Positions 16,250-30,636 of a stretch of 64,000 nucleotides of DNA are shown here, piece by piece (within the stretch, counting starts at the first letter, position 1; every line of letters starts with the position of its first letter). Source of the DNA: the human T2T-CHM13v2.0 reference genome, Homo sapiens; the NCBI RefSeq assembly GCF_009914755.1, contig NC_060938.1, one strand, 5' to 3'. A program made the position numbers and the translations under genes. The notes beneath the pieces are model-generated. The model made no database searches and had not been told where the DNA came from. It saw only the letters and a list, made by a program, of their open reading frames with translations.

Positions 16250-16969
16250 GTACCACAGCATCCTTGTCTCAAAACCTTGCAGTAAACTTGCAACCTTTTG
16301 CCTTTCAGGTTTTCAACTCTACTTTCATCTCCCATGAGACCTTTTTTTGAGACAAGCAAAGCCTCTCAGTTCAGCTTATATATTTTTGAATACACCCTCC
16401 CAACCTAAAATCAAACTAGAGCTCTGCAATTAGAACATAGCTACAGAAGTTAACAAACTGTATTGTTATTTGATATAAGAAAATGTGATCATAAACCTAT
16501 GCATTATTATAAAACCTATTTTAAAATAAACATTTCAAAGGACAAATAACATTTTTCATCAGTTTGAATACTGTCTCACCTTTTGGGAAGTAATTCCATT
16601 GCAAAGATCCTTTCCCCATATGTAAGTTTTTCTTTCTCTTATAATCCAAAGCCTGTGAGTGTATGTCCAAAGTCTCATTTCTCTACTTCACTTTATCTCA
16701 TAATATAGTTTTCCTTTCTCTTTTCTATTTTTCATTTAATATTGAACTGGAGCATTTTTGAGCATTTCATTCAGTATCTGCTATCTAATCTTTTTGTTTT
16801 GTTGTGTGTTTTCTTTCTCAGGGGTTTTGGAATACTTCTGTAGGATATGTTTTCTTAGATAACGTGTAACAGGAAGGGAATCAAATTCAAAGGAAAAAAT
16901 GTTTAAATCATCTTCTCAAGACCAATAGTATATTCTGACTGAAAGAATCTCCATATGACTATCATTCAA

Positions 16970-17880
16970 GCACTTGATGAAACAGAATTTATTGAGCACC
17001 TGCTAAGCCTGGCAATATGACAGGCACTGGGAAAATGAGATAAAAGCACAGTCTTATGTTCAAAGATCACAATGTGGGGTAGAGGAGAATAACTATATTT
17101 AGACCATCAGAACACAGTATACAGGTGCTGTAAGGGAGATGTATACTGGGAGACAAGGGAACAGAGGGAGAATTTAAATCGTCATTGATATAGGAGTTAA
17201 AGAGAAATATTTAGGCAGATAGTGAGGGTAAGGAAGTCCTTGGTAAGGTTTTCCTTTTAATGAAAAGTAGCCCCCAAATCCTTCCTTTTCTAACAAAAGC
17301 AGGCTGAAAAATCGAGCTGCAGACTGATAAGCAAGCTGCAAGCTTGCACGGGTGAATGGCTGGCAGCTGTGACAATAGGAAAAGGCTACCTGGGGGCTAG
17401 GCATGTTCAGCATGGCAGTTCCATCTTCCCTTTTGTCAACCTTGTGAATGGTAAAGAACAGAAAACGTGGCACTGGCAAGGTAGAAAATCCATTTGCAGA
17501 ATAAAAGATTAGGGTGGGGTGGTCAGCTTCTTCTCCTGTTATGTAAACATCACACCTGGTCCAACCGATCTTTGGGCCCTATGTAAATCAGACACCACCT
17601 CCTCAAGCCAGTCTATAAAACCTGTGTACTTCACCATGGGACCGGAAGACCCACTCAGGCGCCCCGCTCTCTCTGCAGGAGAGAGATTCTCTTTTCTCTT
17701 TCTTTCGCCTATTAAACTTCTGCTCTTAAATCCACTTCTCGTGTGTCCATGTCCTCGATTTCCTGGCTGAGAGAAGGAACCTCAGGTATTTACCCCAGAC
17801 AATGACTCTACTTCATCATGGTGGTTCCAGAAAAATTACACTGAAGAAGGTTCACAAGCTAAATCTGGAAGGATGAATCA
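16970..17880 (+). mobile_element. L2 3'-end fragment, interrupted by an LTR
   Basis: tttattgagcacctgcta...aggcactgggaa is characteristic of the L2 end. Confidence 0.6.
17186..17815 (+). mobile_element. ERV1 solo LTR (LTR9-like)
   Basis: TG...CA termini, perfect 4-bp TSD TCAT (17182-85 / 17816-19), TATAAAA ~17614, ATTAAA ~17711. Confidence 0.85.
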
Positions 17881-18159
17881 GTACAGTCATTATTATCATC
17901 ACTGAAATAAATATGATTGGGTTTGAACTTTGGAACTTTTATTCAGAAGGAAAATAAACATTTTTCAAATAAAGTTGTAGGATATGTTTTGCATTTTAGC
18001 ATATATCGTACCTAAGATATCTCAGGGGACTTTTTTACTTCAATTATATTTAAGATTTAAAATGTCAGAATGTTTCACATTTTGTGTTTATGTCATAGTT
18101 TTTGGCATGCAACTTATATGCTCAAGGTAACGTGTGCATACAGTGAAATGTACACATCT

Positions 18160-18447
18160 GTTCAGGCACTGAGGCTCATGCCTATAATCCCAAAACTTTG
18201 GGAGGCTAAGGCAGGAGGATTGCTTGAGCTCAGGAATTGGAGACCAGCCTGGTCAACATGGTGAGACCTTCTCTCTACAAAAAATACAAAATTAGCTGGG
18301 TGTGGTAGTGTGTGCCTGTAGTCCCAGCTACTCAGGAGGCTGAGGTGGGAGGATCACTGGAGTCTGGGAGTTCAAGGCTGCAGTGAGCTGTGATTGCACC
18401 ATTGCATTCCAGCCTTGGTGACAGAATGAGATCCTGTCTGAAAAAGA
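18160..18447 (+). mobile_element. AluJ
   Basis: Dimeric Alu. Confidence 0.88.
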
Positions 18448-18803
18448 AGTACATATCTTAAAGGCAAAATTTTATGGATTTACCAAATGATACACCCTTG
18501 TAACTACCACAAAAAGTTTATGATATAGAATTTTTTTCATCATTCCCAAGAGTTCTCTCATGTTCTCTTTCAGTTGACATTCTACATAGGCAACCACTGA
18601 CCTAGTTTCTATCACTACAGAGTTTTCCCTGTTCTATTTCTTTAACAGAGACAGGGCTATTCAGATTTTCTGTTTCTTCTTGTGTCAGATTTTTACATGT
18701 TGTATTTTTCAAGAAATGTGTCCAATTTATCTAAGTTGTTGAATTTATTGGCATAATGTTATGCACAATATTTCCTTATTATTCTATTAATAACTATATG
18801 ATC

Positions 18804-19161
18804 TGTGGCATAAAATGTAAGCAAATACTTACCATAAATCCTGCCTTAAGCAAATTATAGGCTGTGAAGCATATAGCATTCTTGCCTTTCCCAGAGGGGT
18901 CCACTTCAGTTGTTTTACACAGTCCTTCTGAAGCAGGACTTACATGCCTTTCTTTATGGCATATAAGCCCTGGGTCCGGGTTGGGGGAAAGTGTGGGGAT
19001 CCACCATCTCATCTCATGGCTGCCCTAGACATGGCTTCTGTTCCTAAGTTCCTATTAAAGGTTTCTTTCTGAGAAAACGGATTTGTCAGCCTCTTTCTTC
19101 AACATCTCAGCTACCTTAATTTTGGGGGGTAGGTTTGCATAGACCTGCTGTCTATGGAACA
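18804..19161 (+). mobile_element. ERV LTR fragment nested in L1
   Basis: TATATAAG, ATTAAA and terminal ...ggaaca, with a compositional break from the surrounding L1. Confidence 0.55.
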
Positions 19162-19612
19162 TCCACAAATTTTGATTTTTAAAATTATTATTCAGGCTAA
19201 AATATCTTTTAAATTTACTGTGATTTCTTCTTTAACTCAGTTATTTAGAACTATGTTGTGGGACTTCCAAATATTTGGGAGTTTTAAGATATCTTATTGT
19301 TATTGATTTCTAATTTCATTCTGTTATGTTTAGAGAGCATATTCTGTATTTTTCAATCCTTTGAAATTTATTAAGCCACATTTTATATTTCAGCACGAGA
19401 TCTATCTTGGTAACTAGTCCATGTGCACTTGAAAATCGTTGTTTATTCTGCAGATACTAGGTGAAGTATTCTCTATTTATCAATTAGGTTAAGTTGGTTG
19501 ATAGTGTTCAAATCATTTATATTCACATATCTATGTCTAGTTCTACAAAGTACATGTAGGTGAATTAAAAATGTTCAACTGTGATTACAGATTTGTATAT
19601 TTGTTCCTTCAA

Positions 19613-20020
<408 letters not shown>

Positions 20021-20474
20021 TGACCATTTTTCATTAAGGAATGTCACTCTTCAACTTTGATAATTCTTTTTGACTTGAAGTTTGTTTTGTATAATAATAG
20101 TATATCAATACCAGGTTTCTTAGATTTGCTTGGTCTATGTTTTCCCTTCCTTTTACTTTCAACCTATCTGGATCTTTAAAATGCATTGCATCTCATGCCA
20201 AAGCTCTTACTTGAATCTTGCTTTTTATTCATCCTTGCAATCTTTTTCTTTTCTTTGGACTGTTTAGTTCATTTATATTTAATATAATTATTGATTTGGT
20301 AGGATTTAAGTCTATCACCTTGCTATTTGTTTTCTGCTTGTCTCATTTTTTGTTTGTTTCTCATTTCCTCCTTCATGGCTTTATTTTGGTTTATACAATA
20401 TTCTTAGTATTCTAATTCATTTATTGATTTTAAAGTTATATGTCTGTATTTTTTTTTTTATGGTTGCTATAGGG

Positions 20475-20679
20475 CAGCATTCTCCAACTAAATGTTCTTT
20501 AGTAGTGAAAATGTTCTATGTCTTTCCAATATGGTAGACACTGGCTACCTGTGACTGTTGATACCTTGAAATATGGCTAGTACAACTGAAGACTGAAATT
20601 TAAATTTTATTTATTTTTAATTAATTTAAGTTTAAATTTAGTCACTTGTGGCTACTGACTACCATAGTAGTCAGCACAA
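20475..20679. mobile_element. MER3-like hAT MITE
   Basis: tccaatatggtagacactggctacctgtgactgttg...aaattttatttatttttaattaatttaa. Confidence 0.75.
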
Positions 20680-21136
20680 CCTTAACAGTCTGTTTAGAGT
20701 TAATATTATACTACTTCATGTGAAATGTAAGAATCTTACAATAGTACAATTTTGTTAACTCTGTCCTTTTTTTCTTTCTCCAAAAGCATTGCTTAAAATA
20801 AACACACACACACACACAAACAAAACCCTCTGTCCTTTTTTGTTATTGCTGTCATGTATTTTACTTCTACATGAATTGAGAGTCCTACAATATATTTGTC
20901 TTTAAATAGTCTGTTTTAAAAAAATGAGAAGAAAAAAGTTCTTTATATTTACACATCTACTTACCATTTCTGGTGCTATTTATTACTTTCTGTAGTTTAG
21001 ATTTCCCTGTGCTATCATTTTCCATCACCACCGCCCCCAATTCTTCTATTAGTATTTAATATAGTTTACAATGAATCCTCCCAGCATTTGTTTATCAGAA
21101 AATGTCTTTTTTGTTTTCATTTTTGAGAAAATGTTA

Positions 21137-21438
<302 letters not shown>

Positions 21439-21789
21439 GCTGGGTTGCTCTATTCTTTCAGTACTTTAATGGCATCATTCCATTTCTTTTGGCCTCCACT
21501 GTTTCTAGTAAGAAGTCAACTGTGATTCATAGCATTGTTCCCCTTATGTCATTGACTTTTTTTTCTGTTTCAACATTTATTCTATATTTTTGGTTTTTAA
21601 CCTTTTGACTACAGTGTAGCTGGTGTGTTTTCTTTCTTTATTTTATTTTTTGTATTTATTCTGCTTGGAGTTTGTTGATTCTTCAATCTGTAGGCTGATG
21701 TTTTTCACCAAATTAGAGAATTTTTTTAAAAATTTCACTCTACCCCATTTTCTTTTTCCTTTCTTTTACTGAGACTCTAATTATTATTA

Positions 21790-22064
21790 TCTTTTATTTT
21801 AGAGATAGGGTCTCACTCTGTCCAGCACGGGCTGGAGCACAGTGGTACAATCAGAGCTCACTGCAGCCTTTACTTCAAGGCTTAAGTGATCCTCCCACCT
21901 CAGCCTCCCAAGTAGCTAGGACTATAGACATGTGCCACCATGCCCAGCTTTTTTTTTTTTTTGGTAGAGATGGGGGTCTCACTGTGTTGCTCAGGCTGGT
22001 CTTGAACTCCTGCCTCAGCCTCCCAAAGTGTTGGGATTACAGGTATGAGCCACCATGCTTAGCC
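21790..22064 (-). mobile_element. AluJ with internal deletion
   Basis: Dimeric Alu, minus strand. Confidence 0.85.
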
Positions 22065-23717
22065 TTAGGACTCCAATTATATATATACTAACTTTGCAGG
22101 GTTGTTCCAGAGTTCACTGAGGCTGTTTATATATTTTTTCCAATCTTTTCCTTTCTGTTATTAAATTATATAATTTCTATTGCTCTCTGTTAGAGATAAT
22201 TCACCCATCCTTTTGCCATCTCCAAACTGCTCTAACCATCGAATAAATTTTACATTTCAGATATTTGCTTTTTATTTCTAATATATCCATTTGGTTTATT
22301 TCTTTGCTGATCATTCTCATCTGTTTAATCACATATTCATCTTTTCCCATGCATCCTTACATATATTTATAATAGCTGTTTTAAAGACCTCATCTGCTAA
22401 TTCCAACATTTGGGTCATCTTGGATTCTGCTTCTATTGACCATGTCTTATTTTGATTATGAGTCACATATTTCTGCTTCTTTACAGGTACAATATTTTTT
22501 AACCTCCTGTTGAATATTGTTATAAAGGAGTTACAGAGAGTCTGGATTATGTTATCTTCTTTTAAATGGTGTTGAGGTTTATTCTATCAGGCTATTAAAC
22601 TACTAAAAAATCCTCTTGATCTTGCTAGGCTTTGTTTTGTTATGTATTATTATTATTTATTCTATGTCAGTTTTATCCTTAGTCCTGAGACATGGCCCTT
22701 TGTCTGGGACATGGTATTTACTCCTAAGGTCTATCCTCTTTAGAATTTCAATTGAATGGATGAGGTGCTTAGTAAGGTCTCTCCATTTAGGCTGGGACAG
22801 TATTCCAGTGTTTGCAGTACTGCACAGTCTATGATATCTTGGCCCAGTTCTCTTGTTCATAGCAACCATTCTCTGCTAGGCCTCATTAAGTCCTATCCTG
22901 CACATGGGCTACACAGGAATGCTTGTGAAATCTTCTTTGTCCTCTTCTTCTGCATACTCCTTTCTTTGTGGTATTCTGTCTTACAAATTTCAGGGATGAC
23001 AACTACTCTAAACTTTTGTCTAGATTTCTTCAGCTCAGCAAGACTTCCATACTTCCTTGGATTCCACTTCCTTTTAGTCTACTTGGTGTCCCCAGACAGA
23101 AAGCTGAAGAGGACGTGCAGATCACATTGTGTTTCCTTTCTCTCAAGTATCACTGCCCTGCAATGTTTGTTGTCAAATGTCTAGAATCAGTTATCTTGTG
23201 TATTTCTAGTTGTTTCTAGTGGGAGGATGTGTCTGGCATTAGCTACTATCTATGGCCATAAGTGAATGTCCTCTGATGTATGTTTTGGTATATTGTCTAC
23301 AACTTAATAACGTACGAAAACACACAATCACATTTTTCCTTTTTAAATTTAAAGATCTGTCTTTCATTACTGTATTAGGCCACTACTCTTCATGATTATA
23401 GATATTCTTAATGTAACTTCAATAACCATTAGTTTGTTGAAGTTCCTTTAAATGACTGTAATTAACATTTCTAAATTATAATTATTAATAATTAATGTGA
23501 AATATACATCTGTACGACTCATTGCAGCTTTTACCAAACACTGAAAAGACATTTTTAAAGAGTTTAACACAAGATTTGGGTATAGAACAAAGTATATTCT
23601 AATATGCTTCTATTTTTTTAAAGTGAGATAAAATAAAATTTCAAGACAATAAAATCATCTATACAAACCTTGTTCACTGGTACAAGATTTAACTTGTAAT
23701 TTTCTTAACAACAACAG

Positions 23718-23850
23718 GGCCGGGTGCAGTGGCTTGTGCCTGTAATCCCAGCACTTTGGGAAGCTGAGGCAGGAAAATCGCTTGAGGCTAGGAGTTCAAA
23801 ACCAGCCTGGAAAGCATAGCAAGACTCTGGTCTCCACTATAAAAACAATA
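23718..23850 (+). mobile_element. Alu monomer (FLAM-like)
   Basis: Left arm only; flanked by aacaacaaca/aataacaaca. Confidence 0.85.
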
Positions 23851-24433
23851 ACAACAGTAAATAACTTTTTTTCCTACTGGTTATAATTTCACTGGCACAT
23901 CAAAGAAAATTCCAGAAACAAACTTGTCACAGACATTGTATTTCTAAGAAAGGTGATATATACATCATCAACAACAGCATAATTTATATGTTTTACTTTA
24001 TTGTTTAACAAACCATATCAAAGCAATCTAAACAATAATGCTGTTTAAATCAATCAATCAGATAAGGCCTATTGATCCAGTAATTTACTTGAGATAGGAC
24101 CCGCTCTGGGAGCCTCTAGCCTTACATTCTGAAGACCCAGAGAATGTGTAATAAAAAACATGCAGATACTCAGCTCTGATTCTGGCTCCTCATCTGTAAA
24201 ATAAAGGTTTGGTCTAGAGTTCTCTAGCATATCTTCAAATGGACCCATTTTTCCTGTGTTCGTCTGGCCCATCTTATTACAATGCTGTTTTTTTGTTTTT
24301 TATCATAAAACATTCATTCTATACATTTATTTTCATCTCAAAGTAATGATGGCCATATTTCTGTGTGATTATAACAATCTTCAAATAACTATAAATGGGA
24401 ACAAAAATAAACATGCAGCTAAATGCCAGGTAA

Positions 24434-24750
<317 letters not shown>

Positions 24751-25230
24751 TGAAAACTTAAAATGTGTAACAATTATTCTATAAATATAATGCATTGAGT
24801 CTCTGATTGCTATTACATAAATGGACCAAAACTAAGAAACATAGCTTGTGCATTTACATGGAAATATAGATGCTAGAATGATATCACTGCCTGCCACCAG
24901 TTATCTAAAACGGAGTCCAAGTTTTTAAAGTCATTTCCTAACTAATGTTAACAAGCACAGGTGTTTCCTGATTTCAGTTGTTCGGACTCTTAAAATGAGT
25001 AACTCAGGGAAATGTGTAAAATTCCTTTGTTGACTTCCTTTCTCCTGTATCAAGCCCAAGTTTCATCTTAGTACTCAGTGTGGTTTTTATATTATCACAC
25101 CCATTGTACCCATGAGCTTATCATCTGCCTTTATTTTTGTTATACTCACCAGAGCACTTGTGTCTTTCTTGCTACTTGTGTTATTTTTCAAGTGTTCCTC
25201 CACATATATGTGTGTGTATGTTATATATTA

Positions 25231-25530
25231 TTTTTTATTTATTTTTTGAGACAGAGTCTCGCTCCATTGCCCAGGCTTGAGTGCAGTGGTACAAACACGG
25301 TTCACTGCAGCCTCAAACTGCTGGGCTCAAGTGATCCTCCCACCTCAGCCTCCCGAGGAGCTAGGACTACAGGCATTTGCCACCACACTGGGCCTAGTTT
25401 TAAATTTTTTGTAGAGACAGAGTCTCACTATGTTGCCCAGACTGGTCTTGAATTCCTGGCCTCAAGCAATCCTCCAGCGTCAGCCTCCCACAGTGCTGGG
25501 ATTACAGGCATAAGACATCACGTCCAGCCT
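25231..25530 (-). mobile_element. AluJ
   Basis: Dimeric Alu. Confidence 0.88.
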
Positions 25531-25574
25531 CCTGCATATTTAGAATCTCAGTTTAAGTGATTATATTTGGACTA

Positions 25575-25894
<320 letters not shown>

Positions 25895-26383
25895 TTACCT
25901 CTGATTTGAAGGTTCTCTGCAAATGGCAGGGTTGAGCCCCCTGCATAGTCATGGATCTGTGGCAGGGGCCAAAGGATGAGGTGAATAGGAGGGGATCTGT
26001 GGCAGGCAGGAAGGATAAAGCAAATGGAAGGGAAAGTGAGCAGCAGGATGAGGCAGAGCTGATAACATTAATACAATGCTGCAGGGCTTTGCAATGCGCT
26101 TTAAATTCAGTTTCTCATTTAATTCTGTGCAATTATATGATTTGTCCAAGGCCATCTAGCAATTTTGGGAGGATGCAAACCAAAGTCTTTGAAAGCTATT
26201 GTCTCCTATGCCTAGGGTTCTTAAACTTGAGAGAAGAAAAATCACCCAAATTTGTCAAATATTGTCAAATCCCAATATTTGGATCATCTAACTCCCCATG
26301 CCACCCCAAAAGGTCATGAATGGAAGATCTGAATTACCTTGCTATTACCTACTGGCTTCTAGAACTAAAATTATGTTGACTAC

Positions 26384-28725
26384 TTTATTAGTCCATACTG
26401 CTATAAAGAACTGCCCGAGACTGGGAAATTTATGAAGAAAAGATGTTTAATTGACTCGCAGTTCCATATGTCTGAGGAGGCCTCAGGAAACTTACAATCA
26501 TGGCAGAAGGGGAAGCAGGCACATCTTACATGGTGGCAGGCAAGAGAGAGAGTGCAAAAGGGAAAGAACCCCTTATAAAACCATCAGATCTCATGAGAAC
26601 TCACTCACTATCACAAGAATAGCATGGAGGGAACCGCCCCCCCTCCGTGATCCAATCACTTCTCTCCCTCAACAAAACACATGGGGATTACAATTCGAGA
26701 TGAGATTCGGGTGGGGCACAGAGCCAAACCCTATCATTCCATCCCTGGCCCCTCCCAAATCTCATATCTTTTCACATTTCAAAACCAATCATGCCTTCCC
26801 AACAGTCCTCCAAAGTCTTAACTCATTTCAGCATTAACTCAAAAGTCCACAGTCCAAAGTTTCATTTGAGACAAGGCAAGTCCCTTCCGCCTATAAACCT
26901 GTAAAATAAAAAACAAGTTAATTCCTTCCAAGATACAATGGGGGTACAGGCATTCGGTAAGTACACCCATTCCAAATAGGAAAAATTGGCCAAAACAAAG
27001 TGGCTACAAGCCCCATGCAAGTCCAAAATCCCGCGGGGCAGTCATTAAATCTTAAAGCTCCAAAATGGTCTCCTTTGACTCCATGTCTCACAGCCAGGGC
27101 ACACTGATACAAAGAGTGGGCTCCCATGGCCTTGGGCAGCTCCACCCCTGTGGGTCTTCAAGGTACAGCTCCCTTCCTGGCTGCTTTCGAGGTGTTGGTG
27201 TTGAGTGCCTGTGGCTTTTCCAGGCACCTGATGCAAGCTGTAGGTAGATCTACCATTCTGGGGTCTGGAGGATGGTAGCCCTTTTCTCACAGCTCCACTA
27301 GGCAGTGACCCAATGGGGACTCTGTGTGGGGGCTCCAACCCCACATTTGCCTTTGCAGTGCCCTAGCAGAGGTTCTCCATAAGGGCTCTGCCCTAGCAGC
27401 AAACTTCTGCCTGGACATCCAGGCATTTCCATACATCTTCTGAAATCTAGGTAGAGGTTCTCCAACCTCAATTATTGACTTCTGTGCACCTGCAGGCCCA
27501 ACGCCAAGTGGAAGCTGCCAAGGCTTGGGGCTTGCACCTTCTGAAGCAACAGCCTGAGCTGTATGTTGGCCCCTTTTAGCCACAGCTGGAGCTGAAGCAG
27601 CAGTGCATGGGATGCAGGGTGCCATGTTCCAAGGCTGCACAGAGCAGAAGGGCCCTGGGCCTGGCCCATGAAACCAAGTTTTCCTCCTAGGCCTCCAGAT
27701 CTGTGGTGGGAGGGGCTGCTGCCAAGATCTCTGTGACATGCCCTGGAGACATTTTCCCCATTGTCTTGGCAATTAACATTTGGCTCCTTGTTACTTATGC
27801 AAATTTCTGTGGCCAGCTTGAATTTCCCCCCAGAAAATGGGTTTTTCTTTTCTATTGCATCATCAGGCTGCAAATTTTTCAAACTTTTATGCTCTGCTTC
27901 CCTTTTAAACATAAATTCCAATTTCAGATCGTCTCTCTCAACTTCAGAGGCAAAATGCCATCTGTCTCTTGGCAAAAGGATAGCTCCAGTGTTCAATAAG
28001 TTCCTCATCTCCATCTGAGACCACCTCAGCCTGGGCTTCATTGTCCATATCACTACCAGCATTTTGGCTCCAACCATTCAACAAGTCTCTAGGAAACTCC
28101 AAACTATCCCATATCTTCCTGTTTTCTTCTGAGCCGTCCAAACTGTTCCAACGTCTGCGTGTTACCCAGTTCCAAAGTCACTTCCACATTTTCAGGTATC
28201 TACAGCAGTGCCCCACTCTTGGTACCAATTTACTGTATTAGTCTGTTTTCACACTGCTACAAAGAACTGCCTGACACTGGGTAATTTATAAAGAAAAGAG
28301 GTTTAATTGACTCACAATTCCACATGGCTGGGGAGACCTCAGGAAACTTATTTCGGTTGGTGCAAAGTAATTGTAGTTTTTGTAAATGTAATTGTGTTTA
28401 CCTTTAATGGCAAAAACTGCAATTACTTTTGCACCAATCTAATACAATTATGGTGGAAGAGGAAGCAAGCAAGTTCATCCTACATGGCAGCAGGTGAGAG
28501 AGTGTGCAAAGGAGAAAGAGCCCCTTATAAAATAATCAGATCTCACAAGAACTCACTCACTATCATGAGAACAATGTGAGAGAAACTGCCCCTATGATCC
28601 AGGGTGGTTGACATGTGGGGATTAGAGGTCCCTTGACATGTGGGGATTACAGGTCCCTCCCTCGACATGTAGGGATTATAATTCAAGATGAGATTTGAGT
28701 GGGGACACAGAGTCAAGCCATATCA
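26384..28725 (-). mobile_element. Complete THE1 (THE1D-like) MaLR element: LTR 26384-26736, internal 26737-28233, LTR 28234-28725
   Basis: Two direct LTRs (t[g]tattagtc...tatca), THE1-int sequence between them, perfect 5-bp TSD ACTAC (26379-83 / 28726-30). Confidence 0.92.
28351..28442. mobile_element. MADE1 (Hsmar1-derived mariner MITE) nested in a THE1 LTR
   Basis: Inverted repeats ggttggtgcaaagtaattg / caattacttttgcaccaatct; TA duplication; the sister LTR shows the empty site aaacttacaatc. Confidence 0.88.
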
Positions 28726-28847
28726 ACTACATAGTGGGATTTTATTAAATTAGTACTGAAAAGAAGCAGTACCTTAATTTACCTACTTTACTTGTCCAGC
28801 GTTTTGAATAAACATTTGCTAAATTTCTGTGTTCAAAACAAATGATT

Positions 28848-28955
28848 CTTGTGCTTCAGCTTCCTAAGCAGCTGGGATTACAGGCATGTGCCACCATGCC
28901 TGGCTCATTTTTGTATTTTTAATAGAGATGGAGTTTCGCCATGTTGGCCAGGCTG
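28848..28955 (-). mobile_element. Alu fragment
   Basis: Central part of an Alu. Confidence 0.8.
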
Positions 28956-29110
28956 GCCAACATATTTTACACCAAATAGGGTCATGATGAATTACAGTTT
29001 GATAGCCTGCTTTTTTCACTAACAATATATTGAGAAAGTCTACAATGGCTACTCTAGTAAATAGCTATGGCTACATCCTGGTAAAATAGTCAATTTAAAG
29101 TGAAGCTCTC

Positions 29111-29469
29111 CATATTGGTCCATTTTCATACTGCTATGAAGAAATACCCGAGAATGGGTAATTTTTTTTAAAAAGAGGTTTAATGGAATCTCAGTTCCAC
29201 ATGGCTGGGGAGGCCTCTCAATCATGGCAGAAGGTGAAGGAGGAGCAAAGGCACGTCTTACATTATAGCAGGCAAGAGAGTGTGTACAGTGGAACTGCCC
29301 TTTATAAAACCATCAGATCTCATGAGATTATTCACCATCACAAGAACAGCATGGGAAAACCTTCCCCCATGATTCGATTACCTCCCACTGGCTCCCTCCA
29401 CAACATGTGGGGATTATGGGAGCTACAATTCAAGACGCGATCTGGGTGGCACACAGCCAAACCATATCA
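29111..29469 (-). mobile_element. THE1 solo LTR (THE1C-like)
   Basis: Ends aaaccatatca; 5-bp TSD CTCTC. Confidence 0.9.
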
Positions 29470-30071
29470 CTCTCCCCCCGCCTCCCACAGCTATGAAAAA
29501 CATAACTAAGAAGGCCTGAGTGACCTCCTTAACATTAAGATCATTTGAATTGATAATAAACATTTTGTGTATTAAATTTTATCACTATAAAAACTATTCA
29601 GTTCAAAGGCTAAAAGAGTGTGTAGAGGTTTTCATAAGTGACCTAAAGGCAATTCCAAAGGATTTTGAAAAATCCAAGTATGATGCCCAAGGACAAGAAT
29701 GAAATTACTGACTGGATGGTCACTGAGTATACCAGAGAATGCCATCAAGACCTAGAGAAAACCCAGTAAAGGGTAAAGAGAATGATGCTATTACCGCAAA
29801 ATAGTCATTTTCCTTTCACAGGTTTCTTACACAAGCCATACAGTTTAATAATTTGGTTATGACTTGTAGTTAATAACTACTTGGCTTGTTAATGGACAAG
29901 AACCAAATGAGAAAAGTTAATGGAACAACCTGACCATTAGCTATATTAATAATAGCTTTAGAGAAAATGATTACTATTTTAAACCATATTCACATGCTTC
30001 TATCACTAATCCTTTTTTAAAATGTCAAAAATATTAAGTTCTGCATTCAGAATTAAAGAATTTTAAACCAT

Positions 30072-30636
30072 TTTATTTTGAGACAGGGTCTTGCTCTGTT
30101 GCCCAGGCTGGAATACAGTAGTGTAATCATGGTCGGTGATCAGCCTCAACCTCCTAGACTCAACCACTCTGTATTAGTCTGTTCTCATGCTGTTGATAAA
30201 GACATACCCGAGACTGGGCAATTTACAAAAAAAAGAAGGTTTAATTGGACTCATAGTTCCATGTGGCTGGGGGGTGCCTCACAATCATGGTGGAAGGCAA
30301 GGAGAAGCAAGTCACATCTTACATGGATGGCAGCAGGTGAAGAGAGCTTGTGTAGGGAAACTCCCCCTTATATAAACGTCAGATCCCATGAGACCCACTC
30401 ACTGTCATGAGAACAGCATGGGAAAGACCTGTTCCCATGATTCAGCCACCTCCCACTGGGTCCCTCCTACAACACGTGGGAATTCAAGATGAGATTTGGG
30501 TGGGGACACAGCCAAACCACATCACGATCCTTCTGTTTTAGCCTCCTGAGTAGCTGGGACCATAGGCATGTGCCACCATGCCCAGCTAATTTTTAAAATT
30601 TCTTATAGAGACAGGTTCTCGCCATTTGCCCAGGCT
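30072..30636 (-). mobile_element. AluJ split by a THE1 solo LTR
   Basis: Alu sequence at 30072-30169 resumes at 30525 (cgatccttctg...agcctcctgagtagctggg). Confidence 0.8.
30170..30524 (-). mobile_element. THE1 solo LTR (THE1B/A-like)
   Basis: tgtattagtctgttctcatgctg...gccaaaccacatca. Confidence 0.9.

Noticed and set aside
26451-28579. Cluster of 60-200 aa ORFs
   Set aside because: Broken remnants of THE1 LTR and internal sequence, not a host gene.
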